Positions 37,626-47,389 of a stretch of DNA of 60,307 nucleotides are shown piece by piece. The stretch is from a virus (taxonomy: Duplodnaviria > Caudoviricetes), in IMG/VR virus record IMGVR_UViG_3300020373_000003, positions 1 through 60,307 of that record; one strand, given 5' to 3'. The stretch's first letter is position 1. Every line of letters starts with the position of its first letter. The position numbers were made by a program, and so were the translations under genes. The notes under the pieces are model-generated. The model was not told where the DNA came from. It saw only the letters and a list, made by a program, of their open reading frames with translations, and did no database searches.

Positions 37626-39334
37626 AACATAGTTGTAATACTTTCAATATATTGGCGGGACTCTTTTATTTCAGAGTCCTGCAATTCCTCTACATGCTCT
37701 AACCATTTATATTGATCCTTTAAATCATAAGCATATTCACAAAAAACATCATTTAACCATTTTCGATGGGTTAATCTACCTAAAATAGTTCTAAGGGCCT
37801 GAAGGTATTCTTTTGGAGTTCTATCTTCTAATATAGCTCGTTCGTCTGCTAATGCTCCGGATTTATATGCTTCTTCTTGTCTTGGTGTTATCCAAACTTT
37901 AGATAAGTCCCAGCCATCTATTTCAGAGCCCAATTCATTACCTGCCGATAATAAACTAAATGCAGGTCTACCAAAAAATAAATGTTGTTGTTTATAATTC
38001 ATAACCTCTGAACCATGTTCTATATATTGTTTTCGTTTTTCTGCCCAATCATTCCAATATTTTGATTTATTATTTTTATTAAATGCATAATGAGCACCTA
38101 TATAATTAACTGTACAATCAAATGTATCGTGAACATATTTGTTATACATATCTATTTTTTCTTGATCCCACATGAAAAAATAGTTTACATCTAGTTGAGA
38201 TGTATCCCATGCACCGATAGATACCATTTGAACATCTTGTGGTAATTTATTTTGTTTTACTAATGATAAAAATGATATTAAATTATTATGCATAAAAAAT
38301 ATAGAAGTACTTTCTAATGGTTCTACAAATCCCGATGATAAGCCACAGGTTATCCAATTAGTACCTGCTTGCTTTTCATAGCATTCTGTGTTAAACTTAA
38401 TTAGTTGACAATCTTCATCTTTAACTCTATCACCATCATAACTATTTTTAAATTCTTGTAGTGCATCTTCTTCTGAGATATAATCTGTACTGAATACATA
38501 ACCTGTACCTATTCGATCACGTAAACCAATTTGCCATCGCCATCCTGCTTCCATTGTTTGGCATTCAACACAACTTAAATAAGGTAATTCGTTATCTTTA
38601 TCGACATAATCTATTCGGGTTGCCCATGCTCTATTATTTGGATTTTCGTCTTTCCAAGATTTAGGAGTTAACCCTATAGCATTAGGTACTAATCGCTTAA
38701 AACCACTACAATCAATAAAAAAGTCTGCTTCTATTCGTTGACCATCTTCAGTTACAAGATAATCAATTTTATCTCCATCTATAATTTTAACTTCTTTAAT
38801 CTTTTTATCTATTACTTTGGCACCTAGTTTCTTACCTTGTTTTATTAATGCTTCCCCTAATAATCCTGCATCAATATTATAAGCATATTCTCGCCACATT
38901 TTAGGTAACGGTGTATCCCAATGTTCTTGTTTTAAGAATGGAGATTTACCTGCTAATGCTAATTTTAACCCACACCAACTTTCCCAATATTCTTTAATAG
39001 GTCTATTAAAACTTACCATATCATGATATTCCATTGCAAAAAGCCCAATTGGTGTAAAATACGAATGATTATCACGTAACCAATCTTTACAATGAACTGC
39101 AAATTTAATAGCACCTCGAGCATCACCTAAACATACCTGTTCCGGATCCATCCCGCACATTTCTAAAAATATATTAATATTACCTACGGTTGCTTCACCT
39201 ACACCTACTATAGGTATTTCTTTAGAAGCAATCATTTCTATATCACAAATGTGACCTAATTTTTTTTGTAAAAATGCCAGAGCACTAGCACCTGCGGTCC
39301 CCCCGCCTATAATAACAATTTTTTTCTTTTCCAT
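37622..39334 (-). CDS. Tryptophan halogenase (PrnA-like) flavin-dependent enzyme
   Basis: GGGTAG, VGVGEAT, GAIKF (catalytic Lys position), FIDCSGF, GWRWQI and GFVEPLEST motifs. Confidence 0.88.
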   Translation of the reverse strand: MEKKKIVIIGGGTAGASALAFLQKKLGHICDIEMIASKEIPIVGVGEATVGNINIFLEMCGMDPEQVCLGDARGAIKFAVHCKDWLRDNHSYFTPIGLFAMEYHDMVSFNRPIKEYWESWCGLKLALAGKSPFLKQEHWDTPLPKMWREYAYNIDAGLLGEALIKQGKKLGAKVIDKKIKEVKIIDGDKIDYLVTEDGQRIEADFFIDCSGFKRLVPNAIGLTPKSWKDENPNNRAWATRIDYVDKDNELPYLSCVECQTMEAGWRWQIGLRDRIGTGYVFSTDYISEEDALQEFKNSYDGDRVKDEDCQLIKFNTECYEKQAGTNWITCGLSSGFVEPLESTSIFFMHNNLISFLSLVKQNKLPQDVQMVSIGAWDTSQLDVNYFFMWDQEKIDMYNKYVHDTFDCTVNYIGAHYAFNKNNKSKYWNDWAEKRKQYIEHGSEVMNYKQQHLFFGRPAFSLLSAGNELGSEIDGWDLSKVWITPRQEEAYKSGALADERAILEDRTPKEYLQALRTILGRLTHRKWLNDVFCEYAYDLKDQYKWLEHVEELQDSEIKESRQYIESITTMF

Positions 39335-39372
39335 AATTCCTTGAATAAATATAATAATAAAGAGATAGTAAA

Positions 39373-40110
39373 ATGGCTTATATTGGTTTTGATGTTGAAA
39401 ATAGATTACACAATACTGCTTTTACATTTGATAGTTACACCTCGGATGGTGTTACTTCTATTTATGCTTTAAGTGTACCTAAACCCTTAACATCTAGGGC
39501 AGTACTTGTAAGTTTTGACGGGTTAACACAACAACCTGAATTAGATTACACGTTAGACGGGGAATCAAATTTAAAAATAATAAACGTTCCTGTTAATACA
39601 ACTCAAATACAAATTTTACATTTAACAAGACCTGTTCAACTTCATACTATACCTGATAAATCTATTAGTACAAGTAAATTAGTAGGTAATTTACAAACAC
39701 CTGGTGATTTAATTGTAGGTGGTAAATTAACCATATTAGGTGGCGATGAAGAATCTGTAAGTACAGTTCTTCCTGCTTTATCTGTTCAAGCATCGACTAT
39801 TCTTATAAACGCAGATGAAAGTGGTTCTGGTGTAACATTAGGATCTGCTGGTATAAAAATAGATAGAGGCTTATTAACAGATAAATCTTTTGTGTGGGAC
39901 GATACAGTAGATAAATGGTCCACAGAAGGTGAAACATTACTTGCCCCAGTCGAAGGAACTGTTACAGGTTCAGCAACATTAAATGTTTTAAAAGCCGGTG
40001 ATACAATGACCGGTGAATTAACCCTTTCTGGTGATCCTACACTAGAAGATTCCGCCGCAACTAAATCTTATGTTGATAGAAAAGCTCTTGTCAGTGCTCT
40101 TTTATTCTAA
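39373..40110 (+). CDS. Virion structural/fibre protein
   Basis: VSFDGLTQQP domain, AGIKIDRG domain, KAGDTMTG.L...AATKSYVD fibre motif. Confidence 0.65.
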   Translation: MAYIGFDVENRLHNTAFTFDSYTSDGVTSIYALSVPKPLTSRAVLVSFDGLTQQPELDYTLDGESNLKIINVPVNTTQIQILHLTRPVQLHTIPDKSISTSKLVGNLQTPGDLIVGGKLTILGGDEESVSTVLPALSVQASTILINADESGSGVTLGSAGIKIDRGLLTDKSFVWDDTVDKWSTEGETLLAPVEGTVTGSATLNVLKAGDTMTGELTLSGDPTLEDSAATKSYVDRKALVSALLF

Positions 40111-40137
40111 ATAAATATAATAAAAGAGAGTAGGTAT

Positions 40138-40452
40138 ATGGCTTTAGCATCAACTGTGGTTGCAAATTCTAACACAACAATTATTTCTGGTACTGCCAAT
40201 AAAGTTAGAGCAGTTACATGTATATTTTTTTGTAATACACATGCTACAAATTCAGATATAATTACTGTCTATGCTGTACCAACAACAGGTACCGCAGATG
40301 ATAGTAATACTATTATAAAGTCTGCAGAAATAAATGCAACTGATACTTTAACATTTGACACAGAAAAATTATTATTAGATGATGGGGATTCTATTATTGG
40401 AATATGTACTACAGGAACAGTTAGTGCAACCGCATCATATACAGATGTATAG
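40138..40452 (+). CDS. Small virion structural protein
   Basis: Beta-rich 104 aa with FCN...EKLLLDDGDSI; late-promoter motif upstream. Confidence 0.6.
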   Translation: MALASTVVANSNTTIISGTANKVRAVTCIFFCNTHATNSDIITVYAVPTTGTADDSNTIIKSAEINATDTLTFDTEKLLLDDGDSIIGICTTGTVSATASYTDV

Positions 40453-40462
40453 GAAAATATGA

Positions 40463-41347
40463 ATGGCAAGTAGATTAAAAGGTGTAAGTAGAACAGCAGG
40501 TGATGCAACTAGATTTGGTGGTCAAGTTCCTACGTTTTATTTAGATCCTAGTAATTTTACAGGAAGCAGTTTACCTGTATCAGCAGGAGGTACTGGAGGA
40601 ATAACTCTTCAAACCGCTAGGGATAGTTTAAGTGTTTATAGTCAAGATGAAATAGATACTAAAGTTTCTACTGCGGTATTAGGTAATGCTAATGTTATTG
40701 TTAATGGAACCAATAATATAACTGTAGACCCAACTTCTCTTAAATTTGTTTTAGATGGTACTCAAGTAGGGTTGTGGGACAATTCAACTGGAATTTTTGC
40801 GATAGCAGGTAATGTAACTATTTCAGGTACATTAGATGGTGTAACAAATGTTGCCGCTAAAGCAGAATCTGCTAGTAGTTGGGGCAATCATGCAAATATT
40901 GGTTATTTAACATCTGCTCCAACATATACTACACCCGAATTAGGAGATGTATCTAGTACAGCACCTGCAACAGGCCAATATTTAGCGTGGAATGGGTCGG
41001 AATATTCTCCTATATCATTTACTATTAGTCAATTTGGTATAAATGAATTAACTGATGTTGATACAGTAAATTTTACACCCGGAGTAGGTAATGTATTAAA
41101 ATGGAACGGGGCCAATTGGATAGCAGATAGTGATCTAAGTAATGCAATACAAGTATTAAACGATTTAAATGATGTAGATACACAATCGAATGCTCCTAGT
41201 ACTAATAAAGTATTAGCATTTACTGGAGCAGAATGGAGCCCGTTAGATTTAGATACAATATTATCAGATATAAATTTAACAACTGCAACTATTGGCACAG
41301 CAAATTTAACTGATTTGTCTGTTGATTTTGGTACAATATCGGATTAA
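40463..41347 (+). CDS. Tail fibre-like protein
   Basis: Three L.DV......G.VL.WNG..W fibre repeats. Confidence 0.65.
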   Translation: MASRLKGVSRTAGDATRFGGQVPTFYLDPSNFTGSSLPVSAGGTGGITLQTARDSLSVYSQDEIDTKVSTAVLGNANVIVNGTNNITVDPTSLKFVLDGTQVGLWDNSTGIFAIAGNVTISGTLDGVTNVAAKAESASSWGNHANIGYLTSAPTYTTPELGDVSSTAPATGQYLAWNGSEYSPISFTISQFGINELTDVDTVNFTPGVGNVLKWNGANWIADSDLSNAIQVLNDLNDVDTQSNAPSTNKVLAFTGAEWSPLDLDTILSDINLTTATIGTANLTDLSVDFGTISD

Positions 41348-41358
41348 AGGAATAATTA

Positions 41359-43494
41359 ATGGCAATCCAGTTTAAAAGAGGAACTACAGGCAATAGAACT
41401 AATTATACACCAGCCGCAGGCGAATTAATAGTAGTTGACGTTGACCAAGTAAATCCTTCTTTATATGTTGGTGATGGAAGTACTGCTGGAGGTAAATTGG
41501 CTTCTGCCTCAGGCGGAGGTGGCGTTTCTAATGCTTTTACAACAATATCTGTAGCAGGACAAGATAACATACTTGCTGAACTTTCCTCTGATACACTAAC
41601 ATTCTCTGCAGGTGCTAATATTACTCTTACCACAAATGCATCAACTGATACACTAACAATTGTAAATTCATATTCTGCTCCTGCTGAAACAGATCCTATT
41701 TTTACTGCTCATGATGCATTTGCTGTAACCACAGCTAAAATAACAAGTTGGGATACAGCATTTGGATGGGGCGACCATGCACTTACCGGTTATTTAACAA
41801 ATCAAAGTAATATTAATTCTCTAAGTGATGTTGACACCACAACAACTGGGCCAATTCAAAATCAAGTATTAGCATGGAATGGAAGCAAATGGGTACCTGC
41901 AACATCAACCTCAGGAACAACTTTATCAGGGTTGTCAGATACTAATACCTCTAATGCATCTAATGGAAAAATATTAGAATATAGTAACGGTACATGGGTC
42001 ATTGGTGAAAAAACTGCAACAGGTGCTACAACAATTATAGGATTATCTGATACTCCTGCTAATTATACAGGTAAAGCAAACTTTTTTGCAAGAGTAAATT
42101 CAAATGCAACTGGTATAGATTTTAGAGATTTAACTGCAAGTCTTCCTTTAAGTTGGGATAAAGTAAATAGTGTTTTATCTTTTAGTGCAGATACCGATGA
42201 TATAAGTGAAGGATCAACTAATTTATATTATACAGATGCAAGAGTTAATACTGTTTTAGGCACCAAAACATATTTAGACGATATAGATTTTACCTCAGAA
42301 GGATTAATGAAACGGGGTTCGTCTGCTGGAAGTTATAGCATAGTTACAGATAGTTCTGCCAATTGGGATACAGCATATAGTTGGGGAGATCATTCTTCGG
42401 CTGGATATTTAACTAGCATTTCTGCTTTTGGTATAAACACATTAAGTGATGTTACAATAACATCTGCAACAAATACTCAAATTTTACGATGGAATGGCAC
42501 AAATTGGATTAATTCAGACGAAACAACAGGTATTACTGCATTAACCGGACTTTCCGATACACCAGTAAATTACGGAACATCAGGACAAGTGTTATCGTCA
42601 ACTGGATCGGGTACACAATGGATAGATCAAGCATCTGGTGGTGGTGGTGGAGCAGGGTTGCAAGATATTGCAGACGATTTAACGCCACAATTAGGTGGTA
42701 ATTTAGATGTACAAACAAGAACTATATTCACATCTACAACTGATGGAAATATTGTTATTACACCCGATGGTACTGGTCATTTAGAAATAGGTACTGCTAA
42801 TATAATTACTACAGGTAAAATATATTTTGGCAATACATTTCCTGATTTAGCAGGGTTGCCTAGTGCTACAACATATGACGGTATGTTTGCTATCGCAGAT
42901 GATACAGGAAATATATATTATTCGCATAATACTGCATGGGCAGAAGTAGCAAAACAATCAAATGTGCCGTCTGTGTTAACTGATTTAAGTATAACAGACA
43001 GTACAGCAGGTTATGCATTAACCACAAATGGCTCTGCAAGTTTTGCATTTACTAATATTAGAGAAGGTACTATATATTATACAAATGGAAATTTTGGTAT
43101 TGATGGCGATAGCAAAAGTGGAAAATATGTTTATAGAGGATTAACCTCAGATGGTAATCAAAATGAAATTTTTATAGGTGGGGTTGTTAATTCAAGATTA
43201 GATTTTCAAAATAATTCAATTAATACTGTAGAAGTATTGGTTACAGGTACAAAAACAGCAACCTTAGGAGGAGCATCTTTTAAATTTGAGGCATGTTTTA
43301 GAAATACAGCAGGAGTATTAACTCTGTTAGGAACAGTTAATAAAACAAGAATAGGCTATACTGATAGTGCATACGATGTAATATTAGATGTTGATGCTGA
43401 TGCTACTAATACAATGAGACTTAGATGTAAAGGAAAGACCGGCCATACCCTTCGTTGGATGGCAGTAGTTAATACAGTTGAGGTAGCACAATGA
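41359..43494 (+). CDS. Tail fibre protein
   Basis: MAIQFKRGT...GEL...LYVGDG head domain, WDTA..WGDH and LSD repeats, TPQLGGNLDV. Confidence 0.75.
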   Translation: MAIQFKRGTTGNRTNYTPAAGELIVVDVDQVNPSLYVGDGSTAGGKLASASGGGGVSNAFTTISVAGQDNILAELSSDTLTFSAGANITLTTNASTDTLTIVNSYSAPAETDPIFTAHDAFAVTTAKITSWDTAFGWGDHALTGYLTNQSNINSLSDVDTTTTGPIQNQVLAWNGSKWVPATSTSGTTLSGLSDTNTSNASNGKILEYSNGTWVIGEKTATGATTIIGLSDTPANYTGKANFFARVNSNATGIDFRDLTASLPLSWDKVNSVLSFSADTDDISEGSTNLYYTDARVNTVLGTKTYLDDIDFTSEGLMKRGSSAGSYSIVTDSSANWDTAYSWGDHSSAGYLTSISAFGINTLSDVTITSATNTQILRWNGTNWINSDETTGITALTGLSDTPVNYGTSGQVLSSTGSGTQWIDQASGGGGGAGLQDIADDLTPQLGGNLDVQTRTIFTSTTDGNIVITPDGTGHLEIGTANIITTGKIYFGNTFPDLAGLPSATTYDGMFAIADDTGNIYYSHNTAWAEVAKQSNVPSVLTDLSITDSTAGYALTTNGSASFAFTNIREGTIYYTNGNFGIDGDSKSGKYVYRGLTSDGNQNEIFIGGVVNSRLDFQNNSINTVEVLVTGTKTATLGGASFKFEACFRNTAGVLTLLGTVNKTRIGYTDSAYDVILDVDADATNTMRLRCKGKTGHTLRWMAVVNTVEVAQ

Positions 43495-46400
43495 AATATA
43501 TTATAAACTTATATAATACTGTTATTGATACTCAAGCCGTTGCAGATCGTTTAGGTATAACCGGAACTGTTTTATTAAATCTTAAAACTATACATGTTGA
43601 AGATCCTACTCAAGAACAAGTAGATGCTTGGTTAGCAGATGCTGATATAAAAGCAATTGTGCCTGATCAAGGAACTGTTTGTACAGATGTTGATATTTTT
43701 GATACAGTTCAAGCACAAAGTCAACCAACAAATAGCGAAACATTTGGTCAAAGCGTTGGAGGGGAATCAACCCAAAGTACTTTAGCATTTAATGATGGTA
43801 ATAAGGATTGGTGGTATTGGCATTTACCAGCGTCATCACAACGACCTAGACCAGATTATTATTATAATCCTACATATACCTATGTAAATGACGGAACTAA
43901 TGTTGATCTTTATATTTTAGATTCGGGTGTTGCTGGTGCATGTTTACAAACAAATGGTGGAGCCGCCGCAAATGCAAAAGGGGTGCCCGATGTACTTGGT
44001 ATAATGCATCCTGAATTTGAAGATCCTCAAGCTGATAATGGTTCACCACAGAATGATCAATATCGTGTAATGCATCAAGGTCTACCGGCGTTAAATATAG
44101 GTTCAGGTTCAGGAGTTGGCGGTGGTGGTTGGCAAAATGAAGATACACAAGGACATGGTACATATTGTGCTATGTTTGCCGCAGGAAAATTAGCAGGAAT
44201 GGCTAAAAAATCATATATATGGTCAGCAAAAGTAATGGATGCAACGGGTGTTGGGTCTAATTCAGGTTGGTTATCAGATTTAGAATTAGGAATGGATGCA
44301 ATTATTAATCATGTTCAAACTAAAGGCAACGGGCGACCGAGTATTGCAAATATATCTATAGGAGTTAGTTTTTATAGATCTCCATGTGAAATTAATATAA
44401 ATGAGGATATAGGCGATACTATAAATGAACTGCTAGATGATCATGAAAAAATTATGGGCAGTAATGAAATTTTTATTTGTCGATCTGCAGGCAATGGTAT
44501 TAATAATAATGTAAATGACCAAATACCACACGGGCCTGTTCAAGCATCTTTCGTAACAGGACCAAGAACAGGCGGAGTAATACCTACTGATCCATGGAAT
44601 TTAAGCGGTATAGGTCAAGATAAATTAGGTGTAGGTGCATTAGAATATGTAGAAATGGCAGGACATGCAGGAGATCCTAGAAATGGTAATGGATGGTATA
44701 ACTTACAATTATCAAATTTTTCTAATTACGGTAATTCAGTACAAATAAGTGCTCCGGGAAAAAATTTAGTTGTTAAACATTGGAATGCTAATGAATTTCT
44801 TTCTAATGGAACATATTTAACATCTGCATCAGGTACATCATTTTCTTCGCCTATTGTTGCAGGTGCGGCATGCCTTCGTCAACAACAAGTACCTAATGAG
44901 GCTGTTGGTCTTACAAAAGCATTTTTATTGAGTTCTTCTAGTAGAACACATGATTATCAAAATTTAATAGATTATACTTACCCACATGAACAACAATGGC
45001 CAATATTAAATGCTATAAAATATTTAAATAGTCCGAATGTACAAAAAAATGATAATATACAAGCATTAAACGGTAGCAATTTAGTTGCTATTAGATTGAG
45101 TCCATATCTATATGGTGTAAAAACAAATACAACTGATGCTGATGAATTGGCACATAGTCCATCAAATAATGGTAATCAAATGAAAATAGCAAGAAGAGAT
45201 TATTTTATATTTGACGAAACTGTTAAAACTGATGCAGGAGCCATTGGAGTTCCATTTCTTCATGGTTATGCTCATCGAGTAGCATATAGATTTTTTGGTT
45301 ATTTAGATTTAGCACCTGGTGATCCAACTGGTGGAACTACTCTTGTCGCTCCAGCGACGGGTACTCCTGTTGTTGATGCAGTTGACGCAAATATTGCAAA
45401 TAATGGCACAACGCAACTTCAAGTATTATCAGCCGCAGTAAATACTGCCGGTACACTTTGTCGAGTATGGTTAACAGGTATAGATTCTTATCCGGCTAAT
45501 TGGGTAGATGGACAACCATTTGATATACCAGCTGGTATAATAACGGGTGTGTGGAATAGTAGATGGCTTACACAAGGAAATGCATCAGGAATTTATTTCG
45601 GAAAAATAGAAAATATGAATATTGCTACAACTAGTACAGTTACAGATAATGTATCAGCATTAGATGGTTGGGTAGTATTTAAAGCAACCGCAAGTGCTAC
45701 GGATAATTTTTCATCAGACGGAGATGGATTAAAAGTAGCAAATTTATCTGGTACAAATTCTTTAGGAGTTGACACAAATGCAAATCCAAATGTAACATAT
45801 AATGCGGCACAATATGGAAATGGTAATGGCATATGGGACGATTTACATTGGCGTGATGGTTTATTACTAGACATAGATGTAGATAATATTGGTACTGTGG
45901 GTATGCTTGGAGTATATGATTTAATAGCAGATCAGCCTATACGAGATTATCTACCTATAAAGGACACAAGTCAAAATATATTATTTAATTGGTATGTTGA
46001 AAAGGAATTAATGGTTCCCAATTTAACAAGTGGAGGAGCACCATGGTTTATGTCTACTGCTACTCAAACAATTAATGTAAAACAAAATGATGTAATAGAT
46101 CTCCATTTAGGTATGTGTTGGATAGATACAAATACAAATTTTATTATTGGATACCAACATTTAGAAGCAGAACCTACTTCATATGTTGTTACAGATGGAG
46201 CGTTACCCGACGGACTGGCTTTAAATAGTGCTACAGGCGAATTAACAGGTACAATTACAGCAGATATCGATACAGTTAATCAGTTTACTATTAATACCCA
46301 AGGAATGAATGCTATATATATTTTTAATATAGCTGAAAATATAGAAATTGGTTATTTTTATGATGGAACAAATTTAACATTACCTGGTACTATTGTTGAA

Positions 46401-46721
46401 GGTTGGATAGAAGTTATAACAGATTATTATCAATTAGAAGTTAATACTAATTATATGATAGATTCTGGAGCATTAACTGGACTTCCGATGCATTTAAGTT
46501 TACCTAGTACTGCAAAAACGGGTGATAAAATAGTACTTCTTGATGCAACCGAAACAGCTAATACTAATAATTGGCTTATAAACACAAATGGTGGAGTAGT
46601 GATGGGCCAAAATCAACCAGGTGGACAGTGGACTGTAGCTACTATGGGTGTCCAATACGAACTTGTGTATTTTGAATCTACTAGATTTAGCGATTATTGG
46701 ATAGTTAGAGAGACAACATGA
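43491..46721 (+). CDS. Subtilisin-like S8 serine protease, probably virion-associated
   Basis: Catalytic triad motifs ILDSG, HGTYCA, GTSFSSP and oxyanion SAGN; C-terminal Ig-like (GALPDGLALNSATGELTGT) and gp34-like modules. Confidence 0.85.
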   Translation: MKYIINLYNTVIDTQAVADRLGITGTVLLNLKTIHVEDPTQEQVDAWLADADIKAIVPDQGTVCTDVDIFDTVQAQSQPTNSETFGQSVGGESTQSTLAFNDGNKDWWYWHLPASSQRPRPDYYYNPTYTYVNDGTNVDLYILDSGVAGACLQTNGGAAANAKGVPDVLGIMHPEFEDPQADNGSPQNDQYRVMHQGLPALNIGSGSGVGGGGWQNEDTQGHGTYCAMFAAGKLAGMAKKSYIWSAKVMDATGVGSNSGWLSDLELGMDAIINHVQTKGNGRPSIANISIGVSFYRSPCEININEDIGDTINELLDDHEKIMGSNEIFICRSAGNGINNNVNDQIPHGPVQASFVTGPRTGGVIPTDPWNLSGIGQDKLGVGALEYVEMAGHAGDPRNGNGWYNLQLSNFSNYGNSVQISAPGKNLVVKHWNANEFLSNGTYLTSASGTSFSSPIVAGAACLRQQQVPNEAVGLTKAFLLSSSSRTHDYQNLIDYTYPHEQQWPILNAIKYLNSPNVQKNDNIQALNGSNLVAIRLSPYLYGVKTNTTDADELAHSPSNNGNQMKIARRDYFIFDETVKTDAGAIGVPFLHGYAHRVAYRFFGYLDLAPGDPTGGTTLVAPATGTPVVDAVDANIANNGTTQLQVLSAAVNTAGTLCRVWLTGIDSYPANWVDGQPFDIPAGIITGVWNSRWLTQGNASGIYFGKIENMNIATTSTVTDNVSALDGWVVFKATASATDNFSSDGDGLKVANLSGTNSLGVDTNANPNVTYNAAQYGNGNGIWDDLHWRDGLLLDIDVDNIGTVGMLGVYDLIADQPIRDYLPIKDTSQNILFNWYVEKELMVPNLTSGGAPWFMSTATQTINVKQNDVIDLHLGMCWIDTNTNFIIGYQHLEAEPTSYVVTDGALPDGLALNSATGELTGTITADIDTVNQFTINTQGMNAIYIFNIAENIEIGYFYDGTNLTLPGTIVEGWIEVITDYYQLEVNTNYMIDSGALTGLPMHLSLPSTAKTGDKIVLLDATETANTNNWLINTNGGVVMGQNQPGGQWTVATMGVQYELVYFESTRFSDYWIVRETT

Positions 46722-47389
46722 AATTTTTAAAGAAAAGAAGCGTTGATACAGCAGAAGTACAACAAGATGTTTTTACCGGAACTGGTGCCGAAACCGAATT
46801 TAATCTTACTTTTACTGTAATGGATGTAAAACAATTATTTGTATCTATAGATGGATTAACACAAGAACCTATTGCGGCATATGGTGTCAGTAATGATGGT
46901 TCAAAAGTTGTATTTACAGGAGCACCAATTTTAGATGCAAAAATTTTATGCAAATATATTGAAGCATCTCCAATTAATATTACAACTGTAAATCAAAATT
47001 CTATAGGAATAGATGAACTTGCTGTAACAGACGGAACATATGGACAGGCATTAACCACAGATGGTGCCGGAGCACTAAGTTTTGCCGCTGTTGATCCTGG
47101 AGGATTTGAATATAAAAATGATACAGATTCTCCATTTACATCATATGCTGGCCAAGCAGTCCAAATCGATACAACAAATGCACCAGTTACTATGAAATTA
47201 CCTGCTAGTCCTAATCAAAATGATGCTGTTACTATAGTAGATGGTGGCGGAAATTTTGGTGGATACCCATTAATTGTTGATCGAAATGGTAGTACAATAA
47301 TGGATGTAGCAGACGATTTAGTAGTTAATTATGAACGTACTTATTTTGGTTTAGTATATAATGGTACTACCTGGAGGATATTTGCATAA
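46718..47389 (+). CDS. Virion protein with gp34-like C-terminal module
   Basis: VSIDGLTQEP N-domain; C-terminus paralogous to 23309..23731 (YNGTTWRIF). Confidence 0.65.
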   Translation: MKFLKKRSVDTAEVQQDVFTGTGAETEFNLTFTVMDVKQLFVSIDGLTQEPIAAYGVSNDGSKVVFTGAPILDAKILCKYIEASPINITTVNQNSIGIDELAVTDGTYGQALTTDGAGALSFAAVDPGGFEYKNDTDSPFTSYAGQAVQIDTTNAPVTMKLPASPNQNDAVTIVDGGGNFGGYPLIVDRNGSTIMDVADDLVVNYERTYFGLVYNGTTWRIFA

